64,000 bases of DNA from TPA_inf: Saccharomyces (GCA_000146045.2 BK006938.2:928001-992000); one strand, 5' to 3'. Shown: positions 40,133-51,209, counted from the stretch's first letter. The notes: a model not told the origin generated them from the sequence alone. Program-made: numbers and translations.

Positions 40133-41680
40133 TCAAAATTTGGAGTTACTCGAAAGCTCAGAAGCATGTTTTGCCTCAGCTACTTTTTTAATTGCCTCAG
40201 ATAGTCCCTTATCAACACGAGCAAACATATCATAAACGCGCTGCTGTATTTGAGGACAGGCGCCTTCTACATGAATGCCGATGTTATATGCCAAGTTCTT
40301 TTGCTGTCCAGGTTGTTTACCCAAAACGCGGTAGAGATTTCTTGCTTGCACGAAATCTACATCACCTGGGGATGTTGCCCAATGATAAGGGATAGCTGGC
40401 CCATTCCATACCTCTTGGTGTTGTTGAATGGGTCTGTCCTGTTGGATATACGTGTACGATTTATCGTTGGCCAAATATGTAGGTTCTGAGCCGAAGTTGC
40501 CGTTAACATTCATCGGTCCATCTCTGATAGCGGGATTGAAAAATTTAGATGCATATGGACAGTTTACGGGTATTTGATGGAAGTTAGGACCTAGCCTGTA
40601 TCTATGAGCATCCGCATATGAAAACAAACGGGCCTGTAATACTGGATCAGCGCTTGCTTCTTGGTAAGGAACCGTGGTACTGGGGGCGAAGGCAGCTTGT
40701 TCCACCTGTGCGAAGAAGTTCAGTGGATTCTCGTTCAAAACAATCTTACCCACACGCCGTAAAGGGAATTGCCCCTGAGGCCATACTTTAGTCAAATCAA
40801 AGACTGAAAATGGTAATTTTTTGGCATCGCGTTCGGTCATTGTTTGAATATAAACTGTCCAGGAAGGATAGTTTCCATTCTGAATAGCCTCAAATAAATC
40901 CTGCTGGCAGTAATCTGGATTGGATCCCGCAATTTTGGTAGCCTCTTCTATGGTCAAATTCTTTATTCCTTGATCGGTTTTGATATGAACTTGCACATAA
41001 TGCCAATCTCCGTTTTTATTGGACCATTTATAGGTATGACCAGAATAACCATGCATACTACGGTAGTTGGCAGGGGTACCACGGTCTGAAAAAAGGATCA
41101 TTACTTGATGAATGGCCACCTGATTTTCAGGAGTGGTGAGGAAATCCCAAAACATGTCAGCATCCCTTAGGTTGGTTTGTGGGTTTCTCTTCTGTGTGTG
41201 GATAAAGTGAGGGAACTTGGAAGGGTCTCTGATAAAGAATACCGGTGTATTATTGTAGACCCAATCTAAATTACCTTCTTCAGTGTAGAATTTGGTGGCA
41301 AACCCCCTTGGATCACGAACCGTGTCGGCACTACCTTTATCACCACCCACAGTCGAAAATCTTGTTAGACATTTCGTTCTTTTCCCAATTTTACTAAACA
41401 TAGCAGACCCGCAGATATCAGTAATGTCATCGGTTACTTCAAAATAGCCGAAGGCACCAGAACCATGAGCATGTGGATTCCTTTGAGGAATATTTTCCCT
41501 GTTGAAATGAGCCAAAGAATCAATTAAGTTATAATCTTGCAAAAGCAAAGGGCCATGTTCCCCAATACGTTGGGTGACAAATGGTTCATTGATTGGATTA
41601 CCAGTGGAGTTTGTCACAACTCTATCCTCTCTTACATCAGAGTAATTTACTTCATTTTTTTCTTGTCCCAATTTCGACAT
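40133..41680 (-). CDS. CTA1: Catalase A (peroxisomal), 515 aa, C-terminal PTS1 -SKF
   Basis: Catalase core motifs (RERIPERVVHA-like FNRENIPQRNPHAHGSGAFGYFEV, heme-ligand region RLFSYADAHRYRLG), ends SSNSKF. Confidence 0.93.
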   Translation of the reverse strand: MSKLGQEKNEVNYSDVREDRVVTNSTGNPINEPFVTQRIGEHGPLLLQDYNLIDSLAHFNRENIPQRNPHAHGSGAFGYFEVTDDITDICGSAMFSKIGKRTKCLTRFSTVGGDKGSADTVRDPRGFATKFYTEEGNLDWVYNNTPVFFIRDPSKFPHFIHTQKRNPQTNLRDADMFWDFLTTPENQVAIHQVMILFSDRGTPANYRSMHGYSGHTYKWSNKNGDWHYVQVHIKTDQGIKNLTIEEATKIAGSNPDYCQQDLFEAIQNGNYPSWTVYIQTMTERDAKKLPFSVFDLTKVWPQGQFPLRRVGKIVLNENPLNFFAQVEQAAFAPSTTVPYQEASADPVLQARLFSYADAHRYRLGPNFHQIPVNCPYASKFFNPAIRDGPMNVNGNFGSEPTYLANDKSYTYIQQDRPIQQHQEVWNGPAIPYHWATSPGDVDFVQARNLYRVLGKQPGQQKNLAYNIGIHVEGACPQIQQRVYDMFARVDKGLSEAIKKVAEAKHASELSSNSKF

Positions 41681-41838
41681 CTTCTAGGGTTCCAAATTTA
41701 TTTGTAAGTACTATTATATTTATTTAACTTACCTTTTAAATAAACCTACAAGAAATTCAAATGTACGATTTGGACATTACAGTGAAGAATGCTTTCTACA
41801 TCTCTTTATATGTATGGCGATATCAAAACTGGTTGTTT

Positions 41839-41889
41839 CTCCAATTCTGTCACTGTGGGGATTTTCGGAGTTTATATTTGTTAAAGCCG
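41839..41889 (-). promoter_or_regulatory. Adr1 UAS1-like inverted half-sites (CTCCAA 41839-44 ... TGGGGA 41856-61) followed by an oleate response element CGGAGTTTATATTTGTTAAAGCCG (41866-41889), upstream of CTA1
   Basis: The ORE matches the CGGN3TNAN9-12CCG consensus bound by Pip2-Oaf1; it lies about 190-210 bp upstream of the CTA1 ATG. Confidence 0.6.
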
Positions 41890-41989
41890 TCCTTTTTCGG
41901 ATTAAGGGACCCCACCAACTTGCGCGGCTAATTCCGGCCAACTTTTTGCATTACTAATTGCGGCTTTAAATAGTGGTTAGAACAACCGC

Positions 41990-43474
41990 TCACTTCTTCA
42001 CGCAAGGACGTTTGACAGAGCTTTTTTCTTCCTCTGTCAACTTTCTCTTTAAAATATTAGTTAGCAGCTTTTCATCAGGAATAACCTTGTAATTCTTGTC
42101 GATGGTTTCTTCACAAACTTGCAGCGAATCTATTTCGCTTTTCAAAACTCTCCGAGCCATAACATCTCTTAGTTCTTCCCTTGTTAATGAGTTTCCTTTC
42201 GAAGGTTTTTCGATAGAAACGCACTTTTTTATGGGGTAATCGGCTAGACGCTTCATAATACAACGTTTCCATGTGGCACTACAGTTTGTAGTGGCGCGGG
42301 CACCTTCTATCAATTGTAAACACTTCTTTACAATTCTCTCCACTTGCCTTTCCATTGCTTTTATGTCCAGTTTGCATAAACCTGGAATTTGGCAAAGAAT
42401 TGTCAAGATTTGGACCAAAAGTATTAGTTGAGGCAACAATTCACCATTATTATAACAATCATATGAATCTAGTACTATTTCTTCACCTTCTAAGAATTCT
42501 TGAATATTGGCGTTATTGCGTAAGATATCAATACACCTGTCCAAAAATTCAGTATTCGTCTCAAAAGTCTCTTTTAACGCCTCGACAATATTTTCAAGTA
42601 ACACTTCTCCAAAATCATACTTCGAACCGTCCCATTCAACATACCCATATCTTCTTAGTAGTTCCGAATTTGGATGTTCTCCGTATATGTTGTACACTTG
42701 TTCATTCTTTTCAATATCCCTCAAAGCAACCATCTTTAAACAGTTAGAGTCGTAAGTTAAATTAGCGTTGCATTTACTGGTATCTGCATTCAACATATCA
42801 GCAAGTGGAATCATCGATTTCAAGTAGCGCTCATTTTCAAGTTCTTCTTCACTGGTTTCTTCTTCTTCATTTTCATTTACACTACTATCTTGCATTTCCA
42901 AATCAAAGGAGTAACTCAATATAATGCTTGCAATATAGGCAAAATTATCAAACTCGAAGGACGTCGCTACACGTGAAAATTCTCCACCAATTTGTTTGAT
43001 TGATTTAATAATTCTTTCATGCATCTCTTTGGCTTCCTTTTTTCCTATTCTTTCAAGGACAAGTGATGGTTTTAAAAGTTGCAGTTCATTATCATCCCAA
43101 AAAATTAACGCGTTCATATCGCTTGGTTTGTTCCAAACTTTAAAGTAAGGCGCCCATCGGCTTCTTTCTTGCAAAACTTCCATCTCATAAAGTATACAGA
43201 TAATTAAACCTTCCCACGATCCGGTTTCGTTCAGGAACTTATCCTTGAGAGAAGGATAATCCTTTATCAGTTGAGATGTTGTAACGCTTAAAACAGAACT
43301 ACGAGGTATTTTAAACAATGTTTCATCCTTCTTAATCTTTTGAGTGGCAACTACTGCGCGGCCTTGATTATCACAACAAAGATCTTTGATTTCTATCTTA
43401 GGGGATACTTCAATTTCAGCGGTAGTTTTTAACCAGCAAACAAAGTTTTCGGTATCTCTTGAAAAATCATCCAT
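41990..43474 (-). CDS. RKM4: SET-domain ribosomal protein lysine methyltransferase, 494 aa
   Basis: 494-aa ORF recognised as Rkm4/Set7 by position and sequence (MDDFSRDTENFVCWLK...). Confidence 0.8.
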   Translation of the reverse strand: MDDFSRDTENFVCWLKTTAEIEVSPKIEIKDLCCDNQGRAVVATQKIKKDETLFKIPRSSVLSVTTSQLIKDYPSLKDKFLNETGSWEGLIICILYEMEVLQERSRWAPYFKVWNKPSDMNALIFWDDNELQLLKPSLVLERIGKKEAKEMHERIIKSIKQIGGEFSRVATSFEFDNFAYIASIILSYSFDLEMQDSSVNENEEEETSEEELENERYLKSMIPLADMLNADTSKCNANLTYDSNCLKMVALRDIEKNEQVYNIYGEHPNSELLRRYGYVEWDGSKYDFGEVLLENIVEALKETFETNTEFLDRCIDILRNNANIQEFLEGEEIVLDSYDCYNNGELLPQLILLVQILTILCQIPGLCKLDIKAMERQVERIVKKCLQLIEGARATTNCSATWKRCIMKRLADYPIKKCVSIEKPSKGNSLTREELRDVMARRVLKSEIDSLQVCEETIDKNYKVIPDEKLLTNILKRKLTEEEKSSVKRPCVKK

Positions 43475-43807
43475 TTTCGCAAACTTTCCCCTTTATTACT
43501 AGTCATATTGAAATGATCGTATTAAGCTTTTACAAAGGTAATGAAATTTTTTCATACTCGAGAGAAAAATATGTGACACATGTGTGTATTACCCGCAGTA
43601 ACTCTCGAAGATTACATTTGAATAATATCAATACTTCCAGACCAATAGCTTTATTGTATTGCCAGGGCACTTGGTACATGTAACATTCATCCAGTTTATT
43701 TGATACCAAAAATCTTTTATTTTAATTCTTCTATTTACAAAAGAGAAATGTGTATGTTTATATATGTATTTTCTTGGGAATTTATTATTCATAAACCGCT
43801 TGTGCAG

Positions 43808-46243
43808 TTACTTTTCAGCTTCCTCTTCAACAACTTCGCCTTCTTCATGATTTGGTAGCACGACAAGCTTAGTATCTTTAACCACCACTCTAACAGTTTC
43901 GCCGTTTCTAATTTGACCTTTTAATAAGAAAGTTGCCATGGAGTTCAAAATCTGTCTATGAATTAATCTATTCAATGGCCTTGCACCATATAATTGATCG
44001 TAGCCTTTGTCAGTTAGCCAATCCTTCGCTTCATCAGTTAAATCAATTTTCATTCTTTTTTCGGCCAAACGATCTTGAATTTCTGCAATTCTAATATCAA
44101 CAATTGACCTCAAAACTTTCTTGGATAGCCTATTGAAAACTAGAATATCATCAATACGATTGATGAACTCAGGTGGATAGGATCTTTTCATTGCTTCGAT
44201 AACTTTATTCTTGGTTGCGGTGTCAATCTTACCATCATCACCCAACTTTGTGTCGTTTAATAAAATATCTTGTCCAATGTTTGAGGTCATCACAATGATC
44301 GTGTTACGGAAATCAACATGATGGCCTAGGGAATCGGTCAGCTTACCTTCATCCAACACTTGCAACAGTAGTTTGGAAACATCGGGGTGCGCTTTTTCAA
44401 ATTCATCAAATAAAACGACAGCATAAGGCTTTCTTCTGACAGCCTCAGTTAATTGGCCACCAGATTCGCTTAAGACGTAACCTGGAGGTGCACCGATTAA
44501 ACGAGAGACAGTATGCTTCTCTTGAAATTCTGACATGTCAAAACGAATCACATTTGATTCGTCATCAAATAGGAATTCAGCTAAAGCCTTGGTCAATTCT
44601 GTTTTACCAGTACCAGTAGGACCTAAGAACATAAAGCTGGCAATAGGTCTCTTTTCACTGGTCAAACCAGCCCTTTGAAGACGTACAGCATCAGAAATAG
44701 CAGCAATGGCCTCGTCTTGGCCAACGACTCTTTCTTTTAAAGAATTTTCCATATACAGTAGGCGGTCCTTGTCGCCTTTCATCACCGTTTCTGTAGGAAT
44801 ACCAGTCATTTTGGCAACAACCTTAGAAATATCGTCAGAAGTAACTGAATCATGAAGTAAATTTACTTTATCTCCGTCCTTACTCTTCTCGCTTAAAGCT
44901 ACCTTCTTCTCCAAGTCAGGAATTCTGGAATATCGCAACTCGGATGCTTTAGTGTAATCACCCTCTCTCTGACACTTTTCCAACTCAATTCTTGCTTGTT
45001 CCAAATTTGCCTTAGCATTTTTGATAGATTCAATTTCAGCTCTTTCAGCGTCCCATATTTTTGTTAATCTGTTTAATTCATCATTTTTCATTTCTAGGTC
45101 CTTTTCCAACGCTTCTCTTCTTTCCACGGAAACAGGGTCGGTCTCTTTCTTTAAAGATTCCAGTTCTATTTGTATTTTCATAATAGCACGATCCAGTTTC
45201 TGTATTTCATCCGGTTTGGATTCATGTTGTAAACGTAGTACAGCACAAGCTTCGTCAACTAGATCAATGGCTTTATCAGGTAGAAACCTGTCTGTTATAT
45301 AACGATTTGAAAGAACTGCAGCAGACACTAAAGCTGTATCAGTGATCCTTACACCATGATGAACCTCGTACCTTTCTTTTAAACCTCTTAGTATAGAAAT
45401 CGTATCGGAGACGCTCGGCTCATTCAATAAGATAGGCTGAAACCTTCTCGATAAAGCCGGATCTTTTTCAATGATTTTGAATTCATCAAGAGTGGTTGCA
45501 GAGATACAACGTAGCCCACGGGCCAGTTTTGGCTTTAAGATGTTAGAAGCATCCATACTACCATCAGTTTTACCTAAGCCAAGCAGCATATGAACTTCAT
45601 CAATGAAAACAATAACCTTACCATTGGCCTTGTCAATTTCTTCTAAAACCTTTTTTAAACGTTCTTCGAATTCACCTCTATATTTGGCGCCAGCAATCAA
45701 AGATCCCAAATCCAAAGCTACTAGATCTTTATCTTTCAACGAGTCAGGGACCTCCCCAGCAACAATTCTTTGAGCTAACCCATCAATAAGGGCGGTTTTA
45801 CCGACACCAGCTCGACCGATCAAACATGGATTATTTTTTGTTCTTCTTGATAAAATTTGAATAGCTCTTGCGATTTCTTCGTCTCTGCCAATGACAGGGT
45901 CTAATTTACCGTCGCGCGCTAATTTTGTCAAGTTTGTACCAAATTGTTCTAAAGCTGGCTTTTCCGGTTGCTGATTGGGATCCATCCTCATTTGGACGTA
46001 CGTTCTTTTGAAATTGGGCAATCCATATGAGCTCTTGAGGGCGCAGGTTGAAATAGCGACTTCATTTAATGCATTTGTTTTTATATCTGATAGAAGTTTA
46101 TTGGCTACTCGAGGTCTTGCATTAAAACTGCAAATAGATCTTTTACACTGTACAATAGTGTATATTCGTGGAGTACTTCGCCTTAATAGTTGCGTTCTCT
46201 GTAAATATTTTTGTATTGGTGCTTTTGTAGCTTGTCTTAACAT
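43808..46243 (-). CDS. HSP78: Mitochondrial ClpB/Hsp100-family AAA+ disaggregase, 811 aa
   Basis: Two AAA+ modules (Walker A GRAGVGKT and GPTGTGKT), mitochondrial presequence; recognised as Hsp78. Confidence 0.92.
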   Translation of the reverse strand: MLRQATKAPIQKYLQRTQLLRRSTPRIYTIVQCKRSICSFNARPRVANKLLSDIKTNALNEVAISTCALKSSYGLPNFKRTYVQMRMDPNQQPEKPALEQFGTNLTKLARDGKLDPVIGRDEEIARAIQILSRRTKNNPCLIGRAGVGKTALIDGLAQRIVAGEVPDSLKDKDLVALDLGSLIAGAKYRGEFEERLKKVLEEIDKANGKVIVFIDEVHMLLGLGKTDGSMDASNILKPKLARGLRCISATTLDEFKIIEKDPALSRRFQPILLNEPSVSDTISILRGLKERYEVHHGVRITDTALVSAAVLSNRYITDRFLPDKAIDLVDEACAVLRLQHESKPDEIQKLDRAIMKIQIELESLKKETDPVSVERREALEKDLEMKNDELNRLTKIWDAERAEIESIKNAKANLEQARIELEKCQREGDYTKASELRYSRIPDLEKKVALSEKSKDGDKVNLLHDSVTSDDISKVVAKMTGIPTETVMKGDKDRLLYMENSLKERVVGQDEAIAAISDAVRLQRAGLTSEKRPIASFMFLGPTGTGKTELTKALAEFLFDDESNVIRFDMSEFQEKHTVSRLIGAPPGYVLSESGGQLTEAVRRKPYAVVLFDEFEKAHPDVSKLLLQVLDEGKLTDSLGHHVDFRNTIIVMTSNIGQDILLNDTKLGDDGKIDTATKNKVIEAMKRSYPPEFINRIDDILVFNRLSKKVLRSIVDIRIAEIQDRLAEKRMKIDLTDEAKDWLTDKGYDQLYGARPLNRLIHRQILNSMATFLLKGQIRNGETVRVVVKDTKLVVLPNHEEGEVVEEEAEK

Positions 46244-46466
46244 ATTTAACCTTGAAAGATTTTCACTCGCTTGTTTCAGGGTTCCTGGAATAGATAATAG
46301 AAGTCAAACTTTTCATGCTTACATATGCATATATATGTATATATATGTGTGTGCGTGAGTCAGTAACTAGGGGGTTTGATGAGCTTAGATACAATGAATC
46401 ACAGGGGTTTATTCAAAAAAAAAAGTCCGTGCACCCCCTATTCAAACGCGATGCCATTAGATGAAA

Positions 46467-46490
46467 GAACACTTCTAGAACATTCTGGAA
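46467..46490 (+). promoter_or_regulatory. Heat shock element: gapped GAA then four contiguous perfectly phased units TTCtaGAAcaTTCtgGAA
   Basis: GAACACTTCTAGAACATTCTGGAA about 225-250 bp upstream of the HSP78 ATG (minus-strand gene). Confidence 0.7.
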
Positions 46491-46630
46491 AATAACAAAT
46501 TTTATCAGAACAGAATCACACCTTGATTTGTCTGTTACATTAATTATTAAAATTTATATGACCTATAAGGCCAAAGCAAAAAGTTGATCTTCCAGTACTA
46601 GAGATCAATATCTGCTCCCTATTTATTGTA

Positions 46631-47782
46631 TTACGTGGCACTATCCGAGTGTCTCCCTACTATTTCCTCCAGGGATCTTATTTTTTTTTTTAGTTGCTCT
46701 ATTTCATCTCGTTGTTCTTGTTCCTTTCTTTTAGTATTTTCAATATCCTCGATCATTCGTATATATTCAGCGTGGAAGCGTTTATTCTCAAGTTTTAGGT
46801 TTTCATTTTCATTTCTTGACATGTTGTGTTCATTTTTTATTATACTATTCTCATTCTTCAACATGTTGTTTTCGTTACATAAGACATCATACTCACTTCT
46901 TAACATAGTAATTGCATTCCTTATAGCTTCATGCTGAGCTATTAAAATGTTGTTGTCATTTCTTAATGAATCGTTTAATGATTTGAAGTTATTATTTTCT
47001 GCTAGTAAATCGTCAAATATCTTTGATTTTTGTTCGAGATTCTTGATGTATTTTTCTTTCCTTTGTCTAAATGCCTTTTGAGCGGTTCTATTTTGAGCAG
47101 CTCTTCTAGTATTTCTTAAAGTTTTGCCTGAACTACTTATGAGTTGGGTGTCTTTATCAGGAACAGGTTTGGTTACATTATCATTATTATCATTATTATC
47201 AGCTGAATTTTTAGCGGTATCAGCACTGTTTTGAAAAGAAGGAGGTGCAGTAGTAACACTGGTATTGCGAGATGGGAGGGTTGATAGTTGCTCCTCTGCA
47301 ATATACTCCTTATTCAAAGATATGCTCTGGTTCGGAAGTCCATTTGGTAAAGGGGGATTTATTTGATAAGGTGCATAAGATATGGAATAACTTTTAGGGG
47401 GGAATACCACGGAAGGTTGAATACTAACATGAGCATTTTGAGGTCTGTTGTAAGAAGCTGATTGTTTTCTTTCATTTGAATGCGGAGGGATGATATAAGA
47501 TGGATGTATAGGACTTTGATGCATCGATCTATAGTCAGACGGACCAGATAGATGCATCAAGTTTGGCAAAGGAGGCTGGATAGGATTGCTGTTAACAGAT
47601 ATGTCGGTGTCCCCATTAGTGGTTGTAGGATTTATTCTATAAGGTAACTTTTGGGACGTGCTGGGCTGTGCAATTTGCGGAGAAGGATGCTCATTTAGAT
47701 TCTTCTCAGAGGCATTATAAGTAGCCATTGAGCTGCTTCCCTGATTATACATATCGGGACGAATCAACGGAGGGTTTTGCAT
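46631..47782 (-). CDS. YAP6: bZIP transcription factor of the Yap family, 383 aa
   Basis: Basic region RRAAQNRTAQKAFRQRKEKYIKNLE plus leucine zipper; N-terminal N/S/P-rich region; recognised as Yap6. Confidence 0.88.
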   Translation of the reverse strand: MQNPPLIRPDMYNQGSSSMATYNASEKNLNEHPSPQIAQPSTSQKLPYRINPTTTNGDTDISVNSNPIQPPLPNLMHLSGPSDYRSMHQSPIHPSYIIPPHSNERKQSASYNRPQNAHVSIQPSVVFPPKSYSISYAPYQINPPLPNGLPNQSISLNKEYIAEEQLSTLPSRNTSVTTAPPSFQNSADTAKNSADNNDNNDNVTKPVPDKDTQLISSSGKTLRNTRRAAQNRTAQKAFRQRKEKYIKNLEQKSKIFDDLLAENNNFKSLNDSLRNDNNILIAQHEAIRNAITMLRSEYDVLCNENNMLKNENSIIKNEHNMSRNENENLKLENKRFHAEYIRMIEDIENTKRKEQEQRDEIEQLKKKIRSLEEIVGRHSDSAT

Positions 47783-48716
47783 TTGTCCCTTAGCACTCTT
47801 CGTTATTCTGTTGTTTATTGAAATTTCTAGACAAAAGTATATGCTATCGGATTCACGATTGGTGGGGAAAAAAACTCGGTGTTACAGTTTGAGGAAAGAT
47901 TGTGTTTAATATTGGTTCTGTAGTACACTCCACAATCTCTCAACTCGCATTGCTTTCCAAAGATAGTCTACTCTCGATACTACAAGGCTCCACTAACTGT
48001 GTTAACAAAATAAACAAAAAAAGAGATTCTCCAGAAATTAAAAACTTGAGAATAAAAAAAGAAATCAAAAGGAAAAGAAGCAGGGCCAAGAAATACTTAA
48101 TTAGCGTTTCAAATGCAGAAAAAAGTATGACAGAATGGAATCAAAGAGTATCAGAAATCATTAAAAAGTAATAGTTTACATTTGCCTGCAAACGATTCGA
48201 AAAACTTTTATCCACATGCAGTAAAAATAAGTGCAAGACTATGTTTAAAATTACAAAGAAAGCATAATCTTGAACAAAGTTTCTACCCTTCGGCATAATG
48301 CAAAGGGGCATTAGCTAAAAAAACAAAAACGGGTACGCTCTTTCTTAAATTCGCTATTACAATTCCGCAGATGCAGCAAGCAGCGAATAACTTTAACTTA
48401 AATGAAGTACGGAAAAAAAATTTAACATGCTATAAATCAGCCCATATAAACACCGCCTATCCCCCGCCGAAAAACTAGCCGGATCTATCTAAAGCGCCAA
48501 AAATCATTTCGCCGGAAACAAACCGAGAAAAAAATGCCTTTCTCGAAAGTAAACAAAGCAGTACAACTGTTTTGGGTGTTATTTTGTTCCGTGGATTTTA
48601 CGCCACTGTTTTGCTTTAAAAAAATTTCTCACACAATAGTCTAGTCTCAACGGCTGTGCATAGTACCCATACACCACAATTTCTGACTAATGATCAGCAT
48701 ATACGTCACGTTCTGC

Positions 48717-49229
48717 TCATCGTGACTGTGGGAGAGCCAGTTCGTGCCAACCGTTATTTCTTGCGTACGCCAATTGTGTGATGCGCCTATCAAAAATAGA
48801 ACCAGTTATCGTTTCTTTTCTTGGCTCATTGGCACCGTCGTTCCTGGAATTGGTTCCCCCGTTTAAAGAATGATCGAACGCCTGTCCAGCAAACGTCACT
48901 ACTCCATTACTCTCCAGTTCCATGCCATTGAATAGATTCCAATCGTCTTCATCATGAAAAGAGTTCCAGTAGCGGTTGCTATTTTGTTCACTTGTCATTA
49001 ATGCCTTACCTTGAGCGCTCTCGCGTACATTAGAATTCCTTTCCCCATCTTGGGGAGCTCTTCCCTCCTCCGCGTCGGTGCGAGTATTATCTTTCATAGC
49101 CATTGTAATATTTGCCACTTCGTCCGGAAGCGCCAGTATATCTTGATTCCATTCCGCATATAATATGTGATGTGGTGCTGGTAAATGGCGGTATTGAAAA
49201 TATGAATCCCTATAAGAACTTGAACTCAT
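48717..49229 (-). CDS. SWM1: Anaphase-promoting complex small subunit (Apc13), 170 aa from internal Met (ORF track adds 27 codons, to 49310)
   Basis: MSSSSYRDSYFQYRHLPAPHHILYAEWNQD...; recognised as Swm1. Confidence 0.75.
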   Translation of the reverse strand: MSSSSYRDSYFQYRHLPAPHHILYAEWNQDILALPDEVANITMAMKDNTRTDAEEGRAPQDGERNSNVRESAQGKALMTSEQNSNRYWNSFHDEDDWNLFNGMELESNGVVTFAGQAFDHSLNGGTNSRNDGANEPRKETITGSIFDRRITQLAYARNNGWHELALPQSR

Positions 49230-49520
49230 AATCGTGGTTGTTATACTTTGCTCACCCCACTTCTCTGATATTATTCTCCCTTCTCTCACGATACAGCTAG
49301 GCCACGGCACAAATATGATGTAGTACTAAGATTTTTTTTTTTGAGGTTGCAATTCAGATTGTTGTCTTTTTCTACGACATGCATAGAAGTATATCATATG
49401 ATATTTCGAACTTTGGGTGCTTTTCTACATAGTGCCTACGTTCTGAGTATCTATAATAATATAATGAAAAGTGTATATATAATTAGCACCATTAAACGCA
49501 CCACACTGTTGCCGTTTACT

Positions 49521-51209
49521 TTAAAGAGAAGCGCAAAGAGCGGCAATGGTGATAGCGAGTGCGCATACGCTCGCTTTCCAGGTCAAACTCATATTTTTGA
49601 TTGGTAATAGCTGCGAAGTTGTTAGTTTATTAGAAATTGCAGCATTCTTACTCTTCCTGGAAGTCGTAGTGGAGGACAAAACCGATGACGTTGTTCTTGG
49701 AAATGCCTGTGCTGATAAAGAGGATGAGAATTTTTCTTCGATAGATCCATCTGCTTTGAAGTACGTGTAGTTGTCGAAAGGGGAAGGGAAAAGGTTAGCT
49801 TCTTTTAGCTTCAAATAATCCCATTCTACGGCGTCTTCGGTCTTCCAATTCCAAAAAATCCATCCCGTTGTTTTTGACGAATAAGTGGCTAGCTGTGCCT
49901 CAATGAATTGTCTCACACGGTCACGGTAATCTTGCGTCCAATCAGCTAAGCTATTTTGGGATATACATGTTCCAACTGGCTTGTCGTTGGTGGTAAACAA
50001 CGTTGTATTGTAGTATGATCCATCGTAACGTGCACCCACCCCAACACCATTTAGCCAGGTTGCACAATCAGTAATAGCGCCTGACCATTCTCCGACTACT
50101 GCTGGGTGAAAAGAAAGTTCTTTGTGGATAGAGTCCCCATAATTGATAATGTTTTCAATACGTGCAAACTGAGTTTCGGCCAATTGCGCATCAGTAAACA
50201 CTTCATAATGATGATGGTCGACCAATATATCTTGAGAGCTGTAATTTGCACCAGTCAAATTGAAATAATGATGCGATACATTCTGGTAGGTTGGGTTTAG
50301 CTCCAAGTTCCAGTGACCGATTCCTTGAAAACCGTCATGAATAACAAACGTAGTGTTGTCACTCGAATTCTGATTTTTCTTGAGCAAGTCAAATGCTTCG
50401 TAATACATCTCCGTTATGTCTGAAACATCGATTTTGCCACCAAGCGGTTCGTTGACGATTTGAATACCCACCACAGGACTTTTGTCACCTTTATTTAAAA
50501 ATGTCTGGAACATATCTCTCCAAATAGCCAGAGTCAGTTCTTTAGTATTATTCAACCTTAACCAGCCTAAATCGCCATAGAGTATTCTTTCACCGGAATT
50601 ATCGAATCCATTCTGGGATCCAGGAGCACCATGTAGATCTAACCATACATTTAGTTCGTACTTTTGCGCCCATTCGAGAGCATTATTTAAATATTTCAGT
50701 TGTAATCCATCACTTACGTATGGATCATTGAAAGTTATGTTATCGATGTACAAGTTTTTATCAGTATTTTGTTTCCACGCCCAATATCCGATGGGGATCC
50801 TAACTAAATTGAAACCGTTGGTTTTGATTTGTTCAAAATCATCCTCTGTAATCCAAGTTTTGAAGTGATTATCCAATAAAGTTAGAGAGGTGTTATATCC
50901 TAAGGTTTTACAAAGAGTAAATTCGTCGACAATGGAGATATTGCTGGAAGAGTTTTGCTGTTTTGCCAGTGACGTAGCATTACGATATAATGATGGCGTG
51001 ATATAAGGTTCTGTTACTAGCCAGCCGCCAATAGTAATACCTTTCACGGTGATAGTGTCGTTTGCATAGTAGGAGGCGAATTTGTTTTGTAAAATATTTA
51101 GTTCCAAAGGCGATAACGATTCTTCCTTCTCTGTGGTGCCAACGCCTTGCGTGAATTTAGACAGGCATAAAACTAGAAATGCTGAAAAAAAAAACGACTT
51201 CAAAGGCAT
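49521..51209 (-). CDS. EXG2: Exo-1,3-beta-glucanase, GH5, cell-wall/GPI-anchored, 562 aa
   Basis: Signal peptide MPLKSFFFSAFLVLCLS, GH5 catalytic IVNEP and GEWSG motifs, Ser/Thr-rich C-terminus ending in a hydrophobic GPI signal. Confidence 0.9.
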   Translation of the reverse strand: MPLKSFFFSAFLVLCLSKFTQGVGTTEKEESLSPLELNILQNKFASYYANDTITVKGITIGGWLVTEPYITPSLYRNATSLAKQQNSSSNISIVDEFTLCKTLGYNTSLTLLDNHFKTWITEDDFEQIKTNGFNLVRIPIGYWAWKQNTDKNLYIDNITFNDPYVSDGLQLKYLNNALEWAQKYELNVWLDLHGAPGSQNGFDNSGERILYGDLGWLRLNNTKELTLAIWRDMFQTFLNKGDKSPVVGIQIVNEPLGGKIDVSDITEMYYEAFDLLKKNQNSSDNTTFVIHDGFQGIGHWNLELNPTYQNVSHHYFNLTGANYSSQDILVDHHHYEVFTDAQLAETQFARIENIINYGDSIHKELSFHPAVVGEWSGAITDCATWLNGVGVGARYDGSYYNTTLFTTNDKPVGTCISQNSLADWTQDYRDRVRQFIEAQLATYSSKTTGWIFWNWKTEDAVEWDYLKLKEANLFPSPFDNYTYFKADGSIEEKFSSSLSAQAFPRTTSSVLSSTTTSRKSKNAAISNKLTTSQLLPIKNMSLTWKASVCALAITIAALCASL

